NCBI GenBank assembly: GCA_023819145.1
Contig: JAMWCW010000002.1
Coordinates: 75,231-139,230, forward strand
Origin: Candidatus Omnitrophota bacterium
GTDB lineage: Bacteria > Omnitrophota > Gorgyraeia > DTHP01
DNA length: 64,000 nt
Direction of reading: 5' to 3'
A program made the position numbers and the translations under genes. The notes beneath the pieces are model-generated. The model was not told the DNA's origin, did no database searches, and saw only the letters and a list, made by a program, of their open reading frames with translations. Positions 27,890 to 38,630 of this stretch are shown in pieces. Positions within the stretch are counted from its first letter, which is position 1. Every line of letters begins with the position of its first letter.

Positions 27890-28708
27890 TTATTGCAAAT
27901 ATGCACTTACGCATTCCTCCAGAACTTCATGGATATCACGAACTTTAAAACCAGTTTTTTCCAATTTCTTTGTAGAAAGAATTACATTTGTCCTTAACAA
28001 CCCCAATTCTTTCAGGTCAATAATCTTATATCCAAATTCAGGAACATATTTCTTATAAACTTCCAAAAGTTCTGGGTATTTTAAGACCCCTTTATTAAAC
28101 ACATTGTACACTCCCCGGGCATCTATTTTTATTAGATGCTTTAAAGCTTTTAGAAAATCAGGGAGATAAGTAATTGAAGTGGGAATGTCTATTACTCTTT
28201 TATAATTGAGTAATTTGGTGAGGAGATTACGGGGATGGGGACGATCATCTAGAGGAACACGCGGTCTTAAAATAAGAAGAGGATTTTTTCTGGCTAAAGC
28301 CTTCAGGGCCTCTTCGGCATAAATTTTTGTCCGACTGTAAAATAACTCAAAGAAATCCGGAGGCTGGATTTCCATAATGGGTTTCTGTTTTTTGTAATCA
28401 AAATGATAGATACAACCGGAACTGATATGGATGAATTTTATTTTTTTTCTTAAAGAAATTTCAGCCAAAATTAAGGGGACGAGGGTATTGGCAGAGAGAG
28501 TTTTATCTAAATCTTTTTCACATTCATCTACATTTCTACCAATGTGGCCAATACAGTTGATGATTACACAGGGATTAGATCTCTTAACTTCTTCTTCTGC
28601 GTCTTTAAAAGATTTTATTTTTCGTTCGGTAAAAGGACAGCCCAATTCTTCCTGAATCCTTGAACCAATAAACCCTCTACCGAAAACAAGAATCTTATTT
28701 TTATTCAT
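27890..28708 (-). CDS. NAD(P)-dependent sugar-nucleotide reductase/epimerase, RmlD-like (dTDP-4-dehydrorhamnose reductase candidate)
   Basis: ILVFGRGFIGSRI Rossmann, 272 aa, immediately downstream of rmlA. Confidence 0.55.
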   Translation of the reverse strand: MNKNKILVFGRGFIGSRIQEELGCPFTERKIKSFKDAEEEVKRSNPCVIINCIGHIGRNVDECEKDLDKTLSANTLVPLILAEISLRKKIKFIHISSGCIYHFDYKKQKPIMEIQPPDFFELFYSRTKIYAEEALKALARKNPLLILRPRVPLDDRPHPRNLLTKLLNYKRVIDIPTSITYLPDFLKALKHLIKIDARGVYNVFNKGVLKYPELLEVYKKYVPEFGYKIIDLKELGLLRTNVILSTKKLEKTGFKVRDIHEVLEECVSAYLQ

Positions 28709-29561
28709 TGATTATTCTTAAAAGATATTCGCCATAAGTTGAATTGTATTGCTCTGCTAATTTTTTGAGTTGCTTTTTATTTATAAATCCCATACGGTAA
28801 GCAACCTCTTCAATACAGCCGATTTTTAAACCTTGGCGTTCCTCAATGGTTTTAATAAATAAAGAGGCATCAATCAGAGAATCGCAAGTTCCCGTATCCA
28901 GCCAGGCATAACCCCGACCTAAAAGGGTAAGTTTTAACTTATTTAATTTTAAATAGGTATTATTAATATCAGTAATTTCCAATTCATCTCTCCAGGAAGG
29001 TTTGAGGCTTTTGGCAATTTTAACCACGCCGTTATCGTAGAAATATAAACCCGTAACTGCCCAATTTGATTTTGGTTTTTTGGGTTTTTCAATAATAGAA
29101 ATCACTTCTTTATTTCTATCAAATTCAATAACGCCATATCTTTGTGGCTCTTTTACATAATATCCAAAAATTGACGCTCCCTCATAACATTTTGCTTCTT
29201 TAAGTAACTCTGGGAGCCCGTGTCCGAAGAAGATATTGTCTCCTAAGATAAGACAGACTCTATCTTTTTTGAGAAAATCTTCTCCGATAATGAAGACTTC
29301 TGCGATCCCTCGCGATTCTTTCTGCTCAGCGTAAGAAAGGCTAATCCCTAATTCTTTTCCCTCACCTAACAAATTTTTAAAGAAAGGAAGCGCCGGGGGA
29401 GTGGAAATTACCAATATCTCTCTAATTCCCGCAAGCATTAGTACCGAAAGGGGATAATAAACAAGCGGTTTATCATATATAGGGAGGAGCTGTTTACAGA
29501 GACCTTTGGTAATGGGATAAAGACGGGTCGCTTTTCCTCCTGCAAGAATTATGCCTTTCAT
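28701..29561 (-). CDS. rmlA: Glucose-1-phosphate thymidylyltransferase
   Basis: MKGIILAGGKATRLYPITKGLCKQLLPIYDKPLVYYPLSVLMLAGIREILVIS: canonical RmlA. Confidence 0.9.
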   Translation of the reverse strand: MKGIILAGGKATRLYPITKGLCKQLLPIYDKPLVYYPLSVLMLAGIREILVISTPPALPFFKNLLGEGKELGISLSYAEQKESRGIAEVFIIGEDFLKKDRVCLILGDNIFFGHGLPELLKEAKCYEGASIFGYYVKEPQRYGVIEFDRNKEVISIIEKPKKPKSNWAVTGLYFYDNGVVKIAKSLKPSWRDELEITDINNTYLKLNKLKLTLLGRGYAWLDTGTCDSLIDASLFIKTIEERQGLKIGCIEEVAYRMGFINKKQLKKLAEQYNSTYGEYLLRIINE

Positions 29562-29875
29562 AATTTATCTTTTTTCTCAAACCATTGATTGAACTCAATA
29601 ATAATGGAATTGACCCCGAAACCAAATCCAAAAGCAAGACAGAAGATTTTAAAACCTGTTTCAAAATCAAAAATCTCTACCGCTATTTCCAACTTAGGAA
29701 AAAGAACAAAGGTAAAAATGGTGCTGATGAAGAAAGAAGCAAGGGTTCTTCTTAAATATTTTTTATCAAATTTTATTTTTTTTCCCTGATAGAGCTTGCG
29801 TAAATAGGGACTCATTAAACGCGAAAATATTCCCAGCCAGACGCCCAAAAGAAGGATAAAGAACTCTAAATCCAT
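29558..29875 (-). CDS. Small hypothetical membrane protein (3 TM)
   Basis: 105 aa, hydrophobic segments, no recognisable motif. Confidence 0.4.
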   Translation of the reverse strand: MDLEFFILLLGVWLGIFSRLMSPYLRKLYQGKKIKFDKKYLRRTLASFFISTIFTFVLFPKLEIAVEIFDFETGFKIFCLAFGFGFGVNSIIIEFNQWFEKKDKL

Positions 29876-29906
29876 CTCCTTACCAACCGTTTAACTATTC
29901 AACTAT

Positions 29907-30836
29907 TTAACTACTCCCTTTAAACCAAGCAATAGTTTTCTTTAGCCCTTCCTCGAAACTAACTTTTGGTTCCCAATTAAGAAGTTTCTTTGCTAAAGTA
30001 ATATCGGGTTTTCTCTGTTTAGGATCATCTTGAGGAAGAGGCTTAAATTCAATCCTACTTTTACTTCCAGTAATCCGAATGATTAATTTTGCTAATTCTA
30101 TTATGGAGCACTCCTGGGGATTCCCTAAATTTACCGGAGAGTGATACTCTACGTGCATAAGTTTGATTATTCCTTCAATAAGGTCAGAAATATAACAGAA
30201 ACTACGGGTTTGCGTTCCCTCTCCGTAGACCGTCAAGGGTTCATTGGCAAGTGCCTGATTAATAAAGTTAGGAATTACCCGACCATCTTGTTTTCGCATT
30301 CTTTCCCCATAAGTATTAAAAATACGCACAATCCGCGTGTCTATTTTATGGACACGGTGATAGGCCATAGTAATTGCTTCTGCAAAACGCTTTGCCTCGT
30401 CGTAAACTCCCCGTGGACCAACGGGATTGACGTTTCCCCAGTAAGTTTCACGCTGGGGATGAATAAGGGGGTCTCCGTAAACTTCGGAAGTGGAAGCAAG
30501 AAGAAATTTTGCTTTTTTTGCCTTGGCAATACCTAAAGCATTGTGTGTTCCCAGCGAACCGACTTTTAGGGTCTGAATGGGGAAATTTAGATAATCAATG
30601 GGACTCGCGGGCGAAGCAAAGTGAAGAACATAGTCTATATCTTCCTCAATTTCTATGGATTTTGTTATATCGTGCTGAATAAATTTAAAAGAAGGGTTTT
30701 TAAGTAGGGGTTCGATGTTGGGAAGTTCTCCGGTAATTAAGTTATCTAAACAGATAATTCGGTTTCCCTCTTTAATTAACCGCTCACAAAGATGCGAACC
30801 AATAAAACCTGCACCGCCAGTGATTAAAATATTCAT
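29907..30836 (-). CDS. UDP-glucuronate decarboxylase (UDP-xylose synthase, UXS-type; homologous to the ArnA decarboxylase domain)
   Basis: [20 protein letters not shown]...[10 protein letters not shown]...[16 protein letters not shown]...RIFNTYG: near-identical to the conserved UXS blocks. Confidence 0.85.
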   Translation of the reverse strand: MNILITGGAGFIGSHLCERLIKEGNRIICLDNLITGELPNIEPLLKNPSFKFIQHDITKSIEIEEDIDYVLHFASPASPIDYLNFPIQTLKVGSLGTHNALGIAKAKKAKFLLASTSEVYGDPLIHPQRETYWGNVNPVGPRGVYDEAKRFAEAITMAYHRVHKIDTRIVRIFNTYGERMRKQDGRVIPNFINQALANEPLTVYGEGTQTRSFCYISDLIEGIIKLMHVEYHSPVNLGNPQECSIIELAKLIIRITGSKSRIEFKPLPQDDPKQRKPDITLAKKLLNWEPKVSFEEGLKKTIAWFKGSS

Positions 30837-30838
30837 CT

Positions 30839-31261
30839 CTATTCTTCTTCGGGTAAATAATAAGATTCTTCTGAATTAATTGAAGATATCTCTTTAAGTA
30901 GAGAAACCAATTGTTGAGAAAGTTCGTTAAAATTAAGCCCTTCTACTTCTTCTTTGCTGAAACCCAACATGTAGACTACATCTTCCAGCCTAATTATCCC
31001 ATCTTTATCCCATCCCTGTGAAGGTTCAATTCCTAATTCTCTGAGCACCTTGAAATAATCCTCTTCAGCGGTTGAAGAAGATAAAAGTGACTCTAAATTA
31101 GCTTCCTTTAACAAAAGTTTAGCAAAATCTAGGTGACTTACTCCCTCCATAAACTTTGTCTCTTCTGCATAAAGCGAAGTCAAGAACATAAAAACCGAAC
31201 AGATTAATAAAATTGGTCTTAACATAAAGCCTCCTTTCTTAACTAAACCAAAACTGCCCAC
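30839..31261 (-). CDS. Hypothetical exported acidic protein
   Basis: N-terminal hydrophobic signal followed by an acidic low-complexity region. Confidence 0.35.
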   Translation of the reverse strand: MGSFGLVKKGGFMLRPILLICSVFMFLTSLYAEETKFMEGVSHLDFAKLLLKEANLESLLSSSTAEEDYFKVLRELGIEPSQGWDKDGIIRLEDVVYMLGFSKEEVEGLNFNELSQQLVSLLKEISSINSEESYYLPEEE

Positions 31262-31274
31262 CTACGAGGTGGGC

Positions 31275-32237
31275 TTAGGTTTGGGAGTATCTTTCCCTGA
31301 ACCAGGTAACAGTTTTTTCTAATCCCTTCTGAAAATCTACCTTAGGCAGAAAACCTAATTTTCCTTTTGCCTTAGAGATATCTGCCCAGGTTCTTTGCAC
31401 ATCACCTGCACGGGGAGGAACAAATCTGGGCTTTATTTTTTTGTGCAGGATATTGTTCAAAATTTTAAGAAGCGCAAGTACCGAATAATCTTTCCCCGAA
31501 GCAATGTTAAAAACCTCTCCACTAATTCCTGGAATCTTCATAGCTAAAAGATTTGCTTCCACTACATTATCGATATAAGTAAAATCGCGGGATTGTTTTC
31601 CATCTCCATAAATAGGAGGCCGTTCATTATGCAAAAGGCTAACAATAAATTGGGGAACTACAATGGCATATTGTGATTCTAGTGATTGCCGGGGACCAAA
31701 AACATTAAAGTAACGTAAGGAAACCGTCTCTAAACCAAAACTCGCACTAAATACCTGACAATAATATTCCCCCGCAAGCTTGGAGCATGCATAGGGAGAA
31801 ATAGGATGAGGCAAGAAATTTTCTTTCTCGGGGAAAACGTTGGTTTCTCCATAAACAGAACTGGAAGAAGCATACACCACTCTTCTTACTCCTGTTTTTT
31901 TACTGGCAAGAAGGATGTTGAGCGTTCCTCCAATATTAACTTCGTTGTATTCTCGAGGGTGTTGCATAGACTTGGGGACAGACCGTAAGGCAGCCTGATG
32001 AAAAACATAATCTACTCCCCGACATGCCCTTTCACAAGTCTTTAGGTCACGGATATCTCCTGTAATTAAGATAAAATTTCTTCCTCTTCGCGCATAGCGC
32101 CGAGTAAAAGACAAATTTTCTATTCTACCGCTTAAAAGATTATCTAAAACTTTCACCCTCTGCCCTGCTTTAAGCAAGGCTTCTACAATATGCGAACCAA
32201 TAAATCCTGCTCCGCCGGTTACTAAGTAAGTAGACAT
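31275..32237 (-). CDS. NAD-dependent epimerase/dehydratase (UDP-sugar 4-epimerase GalE/WbpP-like)
   Basis: [16 protein letters not shown], the catalytic YACSKLAGE (YxxxK), 320 aa. Confidence 0.75.
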   Translation of the reverse strand: MSTYLVTGGAGFIGSHIVEALLKAGQRVKVLDNLLSGRIENLSFTRRYARRGRNFILITGDIRDLKTCERACRGVDYVFHQAALRSVPKSMQHPREYNEVNIGGTLNILLASKKTGVRRVVYASSSSVYGETNVFPEKENFLPHPISPYACSKLAGEYYCQVFSASFGLETVSLRYFNVFGPRQSLESQYAIVVPQFIVSLLHNERPPIYGDGKQSRDFTYIDNVVEANLLAMKIPGISGEVFNIASGKDYSVLALLKILNNILHKKIKPRFVPPRAGDVQRTWADISKAKGKLGFLPKVDFQKGLEKTVTWFRERYSQT

Positions 32238-32253
32238 GTGAAAAGTTTAAAGT

Positions 32254-33558
32254 TTAAATGCGTATAATCTTTTTATTGTCTTTATAGAAACTTAAGGCGT
32301 TACGGGTATCAATGATTAATTTTGCCTCTTTAACAATCAAGCTATAGTCTAAACAAAGATGGTCGGTAACGATAATAACGCAGTCGGTTTCTCTTAAAAC
32401 TCCCTCTTCTAAACTAAGTGAATTGTAAATCTTATCTTCTATCTGTATTTGAGAAATATAGGGGTCATGATAAGAAACAATCGCTTTTTTCTCTTCCAGA
32501 AGTTTAATAATCTCTAAAGCAGGAGATTCTCTGGTGTCCACAACATCTCTTTTGTAGGTTATTCCAATAACCAAAATCCGCGCATTCTTCAAGGGTTTAG
32601 CTTGTTCATTTAAAGCTGAGATGGTTTTCTCTATAATATAATGGGGCATATAAGTGTTAATTTGATGGGCGAGTTCAATGAACCGTGCTTCAAATCCATG
32701 GGAGCGCGCTTTCCAAGAAAGGTAAAGTGGGTCGTAGGGAATACAGTGGCCACCAATCCCCGGACCGGGATAAAATGCCATAAAACCAAAAGGCTTTGTT
32801 TTAGCAGCGGAAATAACTTCCCATACATCAATTCCTAATCTGTCACAAAGAAGAGCAATTTCATTTATTAAACCAATATTTACTGCACGGAAGGTATTTT
32901 CTAGAAGTTTTACCATTTCCGCCACTTTTGCCGAAGAAACAGCAATTACTTCATTAACAATCTGATGATAAAGAGTATAAACAAGGTCGGTACTCTCGGC
33001 GTCTATTCCTCCTACCACTTTGGGAATATTCTTAGTATTAAACTGTGGATTACCGGGGTCGATTCTTTCCGGAGAAAAGGCAAGAAATATATCCTTACCC
33101 ACCTTAAAACCTTTTTTTTCGAGCATAGGGAGAATTAATTCATCGGTTGTTCCGGGGTAAGTAGTGCTTTCTAAAATAATAATCTGCCCTTTTCGCAAAT
33201 AGTGCGAAACCTTCTCGGTAGCTTCAATGATATAAGAGATGTCTGGCTCTTTAGTCTTACGTAAAGGCGTAGGAACACAAACAATAATAATGTCCGCCTT
33301 TTGCAAAATATCACTTTTGGAAGTAGCTTTGAATCTTTTTTCTTTTATCTGGTTTTTTAAATCCTTACCGGAAACATCAAGAATATAAGAAACCCCTCTA
33401 TTTACTTTTCTTACCTTATCCTCATCTACCTCTAACCCCATAACCTCAAAACCTTCTTTGGCAAATTCTAAGGCAAGGGGTAAACCGACGTAACCCAATC
33501 CTATCACACAGATTTTAGTTTGGCGATTGATGATATTCCTCTTTAACTCATCTACCAT
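32254..33558 (-). CDS. Nucleotide-sugar dehydrogenase (UDP-GlcNAc/ManNAc 6-dehydrogenase, TviB/WbpA/WecC-like)
   Basis: KICVIGLGYVGLPLALEFA N-terminal Rossmann, catalytic Cys region GGHCIP, 434 aa. Confidence 0.8.
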   Translation of the reverse strand: MVDELKRNIINRQTKICVIGLGYVGLPLALEFAKEGFEVMGLEVDEDKVRKVNRGVSYILDVSGKDLKNQIKEKRFKATSKSDILQKADIIIVCVPTPLRKTKEPDISYIIEATEKVSHYLRKGQIIILESTTYPGTTDELILPMLEKKGFKVGKDIFLAFSPERIDPGNPQFNTKNIPKVVGGIDAESTDLVYTLYHQIVNEVIAVSSAKVAEMVKLLENTFRAVNIGLINEIALLCDRLGIDVWEVISAAKTKPFGFMAFYPGPGIGGHCIPYDPLYLSWKARSHGFEARFIELAHQINTYMPHYIIEKTISALNEQAKPLKNARILVIGITYKRDVVDTRESPALEIIKLLEEKKAIVSYHDPYISQIQIEDKIYNSLSLEEGVLRETDCVIIVTDHLCLDYSLIVKEAKLIIDTRNALSFYKDNKKIIRI

Positions 33559-34531
33559 CTTTTCTCCTTGCTTTGTTTTTTAGATGCTTCCACCATAAGG
33601 TGTTTTTTTTATACCAATCTACAGTCTCTTTAAGAGCATCTTCAAAAGAATATACTGGACTCCATCCTAAAGCTTTTATCTTAGAGGAATCTAAAGCATA
33701 GCGAAAATCATGCCCGGGACGGTCGGAAACATATTCTATAAAATCACCTTGCTTCTCCATCATCTGTAACAAAATTTTAGCAAGTTGAATGTTACTTAAG
33801 AAGTTTCCACCTCCAATATTATAAATTTCACCAATTCTTCCTTTATGCATTACGATATCGATGGCGGAAACATTGTCTAAAACATAAAGCCAATCTCTCG
33901 TATTTAAACCATTGCCGTATAGAGGAATTTTTTTGTTTTCTAACAGATTGGTAATGAATAAGGGAATTATCTTCTCAGGATATTGATAAGGACCAAAATT
34001 GTTGGAGGAACGAGTTATAATTACCGGCAGTTTATAGGTCCGATAATAAGAAAGAGCCAAGAGGTCTGCGGATGCCTTGGAAACAGCATAAGGATTAGAA
34101 GGATTTAGGGAAGTATCTTCTTTAAAAAATCCCTCTCTTCTGCTTCCATAGACTTCATCAGTAGATATCTGGAGAAATAAGTCTATTTTTTTATCTCTCG
34201 CTGACTCTAAGAGCATATAGGTTCCATAAAAATTTGTTCTTAAAAAATCATCCGCTTTCTTAAGGGAGCGGTCTACATGAGTTTCGCTTGCAAAATTTAT
34301 TAGAGTATCTACCTCTTTTATCAAATTTTTTACAACTTTAAAATTGCAGATATCACCCTTTATAAATTTATAGCGGGAGTCTTTTTCTATATCCTTTAAA
34401 TTCTTTAAGTTTCCTGCATAGGTAAGTTTGTCTAAATTTATGACTTTATATTGAGGATATTTCTTAAGAATGTAACGGATGAAATTTGAACCAATAAAAC
34501 CGCAACCTCCGGTAACTAAAATCTTCTCCAT
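33548..34531 (-). CDS. rmlB: dTDP-glucose 4,6-dehydratase
   Basis: MEKILVTGGCGFIGSNFIRYIL...ETHVDRS...YSASKASADLL: canonical RmlB. Confidence 0.9.
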   Translation of the reverse strand: MEKILVTGGCGFIGSNFIRYILKKYPQYKVINLDKLTYAGNLKNLKDIEKDSRYKFIKGDICNFKVVKNLIKEVDTLINFASETHVDRSLKKADDFLRTNFYGTYMLLESARDKKIDLFLQISTDEVYGSRREGFFKEDTSLNPSNPYAVSKASADLLALSYYRTYKLPVIITRSSNNFGPYQYPEKIIPLFITNLLENKKIPLYGNGLNTRDWLYVLDNVSAIDIVMHKGRIGEIYNIGGGNFLSNIQLAKILLQMMEKQGDFIEYVSDRPGHDFRYALDSSKIKALGWSPVYSFEDALKETVDWYKKNTLWWKHLKNKARRKDGR

Positions 34532-35832
34532 TAAAACCAGCCTCTCCCTATGCCCGTATAACGAAAACCAAGCTTCTTTACCTTATCGGGCTCATAAATA
34601 TTCCTGCCATCAATGATAATTGGTTGGCGCATTAATCTTTTTAATCTCAATAAATCCAACTCTTTAAACTCATTCCATTCAGTAACAATTGCCAAACAGT
34701 CAGCATTTCTTGCCACCTCATAAGAGTTGCGACAGAAGTGAATTTTATCTTTTAAAACCTCTTTCACTTTAGGCATCGCCTGGGGGTCAAAACAACGAAT
34801 ATTTGCACCCTCTTTAAGTAATGCAGAAATAATTTCCAGGGAAGGAGCATTACGAATATCGTCGGTATTGGGTTTAAAAGAAAGTCCTAAAATGCCAATA
34901 TTTTTATCTTGGATGACCCAAAGAGCATCTTTAATCTTTTTTAAGAAAAGGGTTTTTTGGTTTTCGTTTATCTTTCTTACCGCTTTCAGGAGTTCAAATT
35001 CATACCCCGCCTTATCAGCAATGTGAATAAAAGCATCCACATCTTTGGGAAAGCAGGAACCTCCATAACCAATGCCTGCATCAAGAAAGGCTCTACCGAT
35101 ACGCTTATCTAACCCCATCCCTTCCGCCACCTTCAATACATCTGCTCCTGTTTTTTCACAAATATTGGCAATGGCATTGATAAAAGAAATCTTTGTGGCT
35201 AAAAAGGAATTGGCTGCGTGTTTAATCATTTCTGCAGAATTTATGTCTGTAAAAATTATGGGGGCCTTTAAGGGTTTATACAATTCAGAAAGAATTTCTT
35301 TTGCCTTTCTTGACTCTACGCCAATCACAATGCGGTCAGGATGAAGAAAATCTTGAATTGCTGAACCTTCTCTTAAAAACTCCGGATTGGAAGCAATATC
35401 AAACTTTACCCTACCACGGTTAAATACTTTTATGGTATGCTCAATCCATTTACCTGTTTCCACAGGAACAGTGCTTTTCTCAACGATAATTCGATAGGTG
35501 CGCATATTACAAGCAATTTCACGAGCGACATTTTCTACAAAAGTCAAATCCGCTTCTCCTCCAGACTTGGAAGGTGTTCCCACAGCAATAAATATCACTA
35601 GAGAGTTTTTGACAACAGTTTTTATCTGGTTAGTAAAAGAAAGACGTTTCTCTCTCAAATTACGTACAACCATTTCTTCCAGACCGGGTTCGTAAAAAGA
35701 AACTCTTCCTTTTTTAAGAAGTTCTATTTTCTTTTTGTCTGAATCCATACAGATAACTTCATTACCCAAATCAGCAAAACAGGCTCCTGTAACCAACCCT
35801 ACATACCCTGAACCAATTATTCCTATTTTCAT
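34531..35832 (-). CDS. ugd: UDP-glucose 6-dehydrogenase
   Basis: MKIGIIGSGYVGLVTGACFADLGNEV...GGSCFPKD. Confidence 0.85.
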   Translation of the reverse strand: MKIGIIGSGYVGLVTGACFADLGNEVICMDSDKKKIELLKKGRVSFYEPGLEEMVVRNLREKRLSFTNQIKTVVKNSLVIFIAVGTPSKSGGEADLTFVENVAREIACNMRTYRIIVEKSTVPVETGKWIEHTIKVFNRGRVKFDIASNPEFLREGSAIQDFLHPDRIVIGVESRKAKEILSELYKPLKAPIIFTDINSAEMIKHAANSFLATKISFINAIANICEKTGADVLKVAEGMGLDKRIGRAFLDAGIGYGGSCFPKDVDAFIHIADKAGYEFELLKAVRKINENQKTLFLKKIKDALWVIQDKNIGILGLSFKPNTDDIRNAPSLEIISALLKEGANIRCFDPQAMPKVKEVLKDKIHFCRNSYEVARNADCLAIVTEWNEFKELDLLRLKRLMRQPIIIDGRNIYEPDKVKKLGFRYTGIGRGWF

Positions 35833-35838
35833 CTTAAA

Positions 35839-37956
35839 TCACCTTGTAATTTTGGGTTTGGAATAAGATGCAGAAAATCTAAACGGAATTTCAGGGAAGG
35901 CCTTAAGTCTAAAAATAACCCAAAAAGAATATCCGTCATTTATATTGAGCGAGAATTCCCCTGTCCAGCAATGCAGGTCTTTTACTATCGCATACTCTTG
36001 CTCTACAAAATCGTTTATTCTTTTTGTGCCATCTTCTAAAATCTTCTTAAAGTCATACCGCTCATAAACGCGGAATTGCCATTTTGAATTTAAATTATAA
36101 ATAAAAGAGGTAGTTATCTCATTAATAGAGTTCTTTTCATATCTCGAACCTAAGCCTAATGACCAGATATCATTATGGGAGGCAATTAAATCAAAGTTTG
36201 CAGTATTAAAATTTTTCGAAGGAGGGTCATAAATAGCGTCGGATTCAAATCTCAACCAATTGTAAGGAGTAAGCTCTAAATCGAGCTTAAAATTCCGCCA
36301 CTGGCTACCGGTATCTTCAGGTTTGAAATGGTAATCGCCAGTAAAAAGGAAATTTCCCAAGTCAACCGTCTTTAAATTGTCCTTTTCTTTTCTTTTAGTC
36401 TGGAGTCTATTTTCTATGCCCAGTGTAACGACATTTTCTCGGTTTATAGAATCTAAAGAATCAAAACCCATTAGTTTATCAGGGAGAATTGTGGGTTGGT
36501 GGATATATTTATAGTTGGCTATGGGTGTAACTATATGCCTTAATTTATTTATATCCAATCCTAAAAAATCTGAATGGATATCGTATATTTTATAAAACCT
36601 TGTGCTTATATCCATACCTGAATAGAATATACCTCTTATTTCTGCTTCATCACCATATTTATCTTTAGAATAATATGTCTGGCGCGTGCCAATATAGGGA
36701 TTGAGATTTAAAAAACCAAACTTTGAAAAATACGAAAGCCGATTATAACTGTCAAATCTCCGCACATCGTCGTCTAAATCGGAACCGGCATTTTTATTGG
36801 TGAGGTTTGCAAAACTGTAATCAGATTTATAATAAAACATTGAGTTACCCAATTTTTGGTTCATCAGGTTAAGCGCAATCTCAGGTAAGCGTTCAGTCTC
36901 GGTGAAGAAGCGATTGGTTCTTTTCTGAACCAAAAAAGAAAGATTATAAACAGGCTGTGAGTTGATTATGGAGAGGTAAGACTTCGGATGATTATCGTTT
37001 ACATATTCTTCGCGGTAGAAATAGTCTTTGATAAAATCTATATCACTCATTTTGTGATACTCCATCAGCGCACGGGTATCATCGCTTATCTGCCAGCGGT
37101 GTTTCAATTGAACCCGATAACGTTCTGTCTCCTGGCGCACTTCCTTAGAAACGGATTTATCTCGCTCATTCATATAATAATAACGAAAAAATCCTGAACC
37201 AAAGTGCTTTATGGAATATTCCTGGTCTAAACCATGCGCAAAGCCTTTTCTTTCTCGATAGTCAAGATGAATAAATCCTTTTTTATCCTCAATAAAATTG
37301 TGGCGCCAAGCAGTAAGCATGTACCATCCCCATTTCTTATTTCTGCCGGGTATAAAAATAAAATGAGGATATTTTTCTGTTAAAGAATATCTTAAATATG
37401 GAAGATAAAATAGAGGAACATTACCCACCATAAAGGAGACGTCATGCGCTACTATTTTATCATCTAAGAACACCTCAATCTTTCTTGACCTTATGCGATA
37501 GTGGGGTTTTCCCTGGTCGCAGGTGGTGATATAGCCCTCTTCTACTACATATTCCTTATCTGCTATCTTCTCTGCCGATTTACCTCCTCCATACCAAGGT
37601 CCCATTTTCTCCATACTTAGATTTATGACTTCACCCTTCTTGGTTTCAAAATTGTAATAGAGTTTATCTCCCGTAAAAAGTGTATTGTCCTGATACAATT
37701 TTACATTACCTGAAGCAATAGCAGCTTTTGTTTCAGTAAAGAATTCTATTCTTTCACAGGTAAGTTTCATGTTTTGATAAACTATCTCTACATTTCCCTC
37801 GCCGATTATCTTCTTCTCCTGCGTTAAATACTCTACATTATCTCCTTTAACTGTTACCGAACCCATATCCTGAGCAAGAACTACAAACGCAAAACGTAAA
37901 ATGCAAAATATAAAACTGAATATTAAAGTGTAAAATTTAAATCTTCTGAATTTCAT
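35839..37956 (-). CDS. lptD: LPS-assembly outer-membrane protein LptD (OstA family)
   Basis: Signal peptide, then the N-terminal OstA-like region (KGDNVEY...[19 protein letters not shown]...GNVKLYQDN), then a long beta-rich C-terminal domain. 705 aa. Confidence 0.75.
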   Translation of the reverse strand: MKFRRFKFYTLIFSFIFCILRFAFVVLAQDMGSVTVKGDNVEYLTQEKKIIGEGNVEIVYQNMKLTCERIEFFTETKAAIASGNVKLYQDNTLFTGDKLYYNFETKKGEVINLSMEKMGPWYGGGKSAEKIADKEYVVEEGYITTCDQGKPHYRIRSRKIEVFLDDKIVAHDVSFMVGNVPLFYLPYLRYSLTEKYPHFIFIPGRNKKWGWYMLTAWRHNFIEDKKGFIHLDYRERKGFAHGLDQEYSIKHFGSGFFRYYYMNERDKSVSKEVRQETERYRVQLKHRWQISDDTRALMEYHKMSDIDFIKDYFYREEYVNDNHPKSYLSIINSQPVYNLSFLVQKRTNRFFTETERLPEIALNLMNQKLGNSMFYYKSDYSFANLTNKNAGSDLDDDVRRFDSYNRLSYFSKFGFLNLNPYIGTRQTYYSKDKYGDEAEIRGIFYSGMDISTRFYKIYDIHSDFLGLDINKLRHIVTPIANYKYIHQPTILPDKLMGFDSLDSINRENVVTLGIENRLQTKRKEKDNLKTVDLGNFLFTGDYHFKPEDTGSQWRNFKLDLELTPYNWLRFESDAIYDPPSKNFNTANFDLIASHNDIWSLGLGSRYEKNSINEITTSFIYNLNSKWQFRVYERYDFKKILEDGTKRINDFVEQEYAIVKDLHCWTGEFSLNINDGYSFWVIFRLKAFPEIPFRFSASYSKPKITR

Positions 37957-38630
37957 CTTGAACCTCTAATCTTAATTTTTGGGTTTACACTCGGTACTTT
38001 TTTCCAATCATCCAGAAAACGCTTAATGCCAATATCGGTCAAGGGGTGCTTTAAAAGTTGTTCTAAGACACTAAAGGGACAGGTAGCAACATCTGCTCCG
38101 ATAAGGGCTGAATCCAAAACATGAATGGGGTTACGCACACTGGCAACAATAATCTGGGTAGCGAAGTGATAGTTATCAAAAATAGTGCGAATATCCCCAA
38201 TTAAATCCATTCCTCTTGTACTTATGTCATCAAGTCTCCCTACAAAAGGAGAAATATAACTCGCACCCGCCTTAGCAGCAAGCATTGCCTGAGTGGCAGA
38301 AAAACAGAGAGTAACGTTGGTTTTTATCCCCTCTGCCGACAGTATCTTTACCGCTTTTAAACCTTCTGTGTTCAAAGGAATCTTGACGACGATATTTTTA
38401 TGTATTTGGGAAAGGAAGCGGGCTTCTTTAATAATTGATTCCTTATCCAAACTCACCGCTTCCGCTGAAATTGGGCCATCGACAATTTCGCATATTTCTT
38501 TAATCAATTTAATAAAATCTTTTCCCTCTTTCGCAACCAGCGTAGGATTGGTGGTTACACCGTTAATAACACCCCAACTCGCCGCTTCGCGAATTTCATC
38601 AAGATTAGCGGAATCGATAAATAGTTTCAT
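37953..38630 (-). CDS. tal: Transaldolase (short form) / fructose-6-phosphate aldolase
   Basis: [13 protein letters not shown]...GVTTNPTL...VKIP (the Schiff-base Lys region). 225 aa. Confidence 0.85.
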   Translation of the reverse strand: MKLFIDSANLDEIREAASWGVINGVTTNPTLVAKEGKDFIKLIKEICEIVDGPISAEAVSLDKESIIKEARFLSQIHKNIVVKIPLNTEGLKAVKILSAEGIKTNVTLCFSATQAMLAAKAGASYISPFVGRLDDISTRGMDLIGDIRTIFDNYHFATQIIVASVRNPIHVLDSALIGADVATCPFSVLEQLLKHPLTDIGIKRFLDDWKKVPSVNPKIKIRGSR

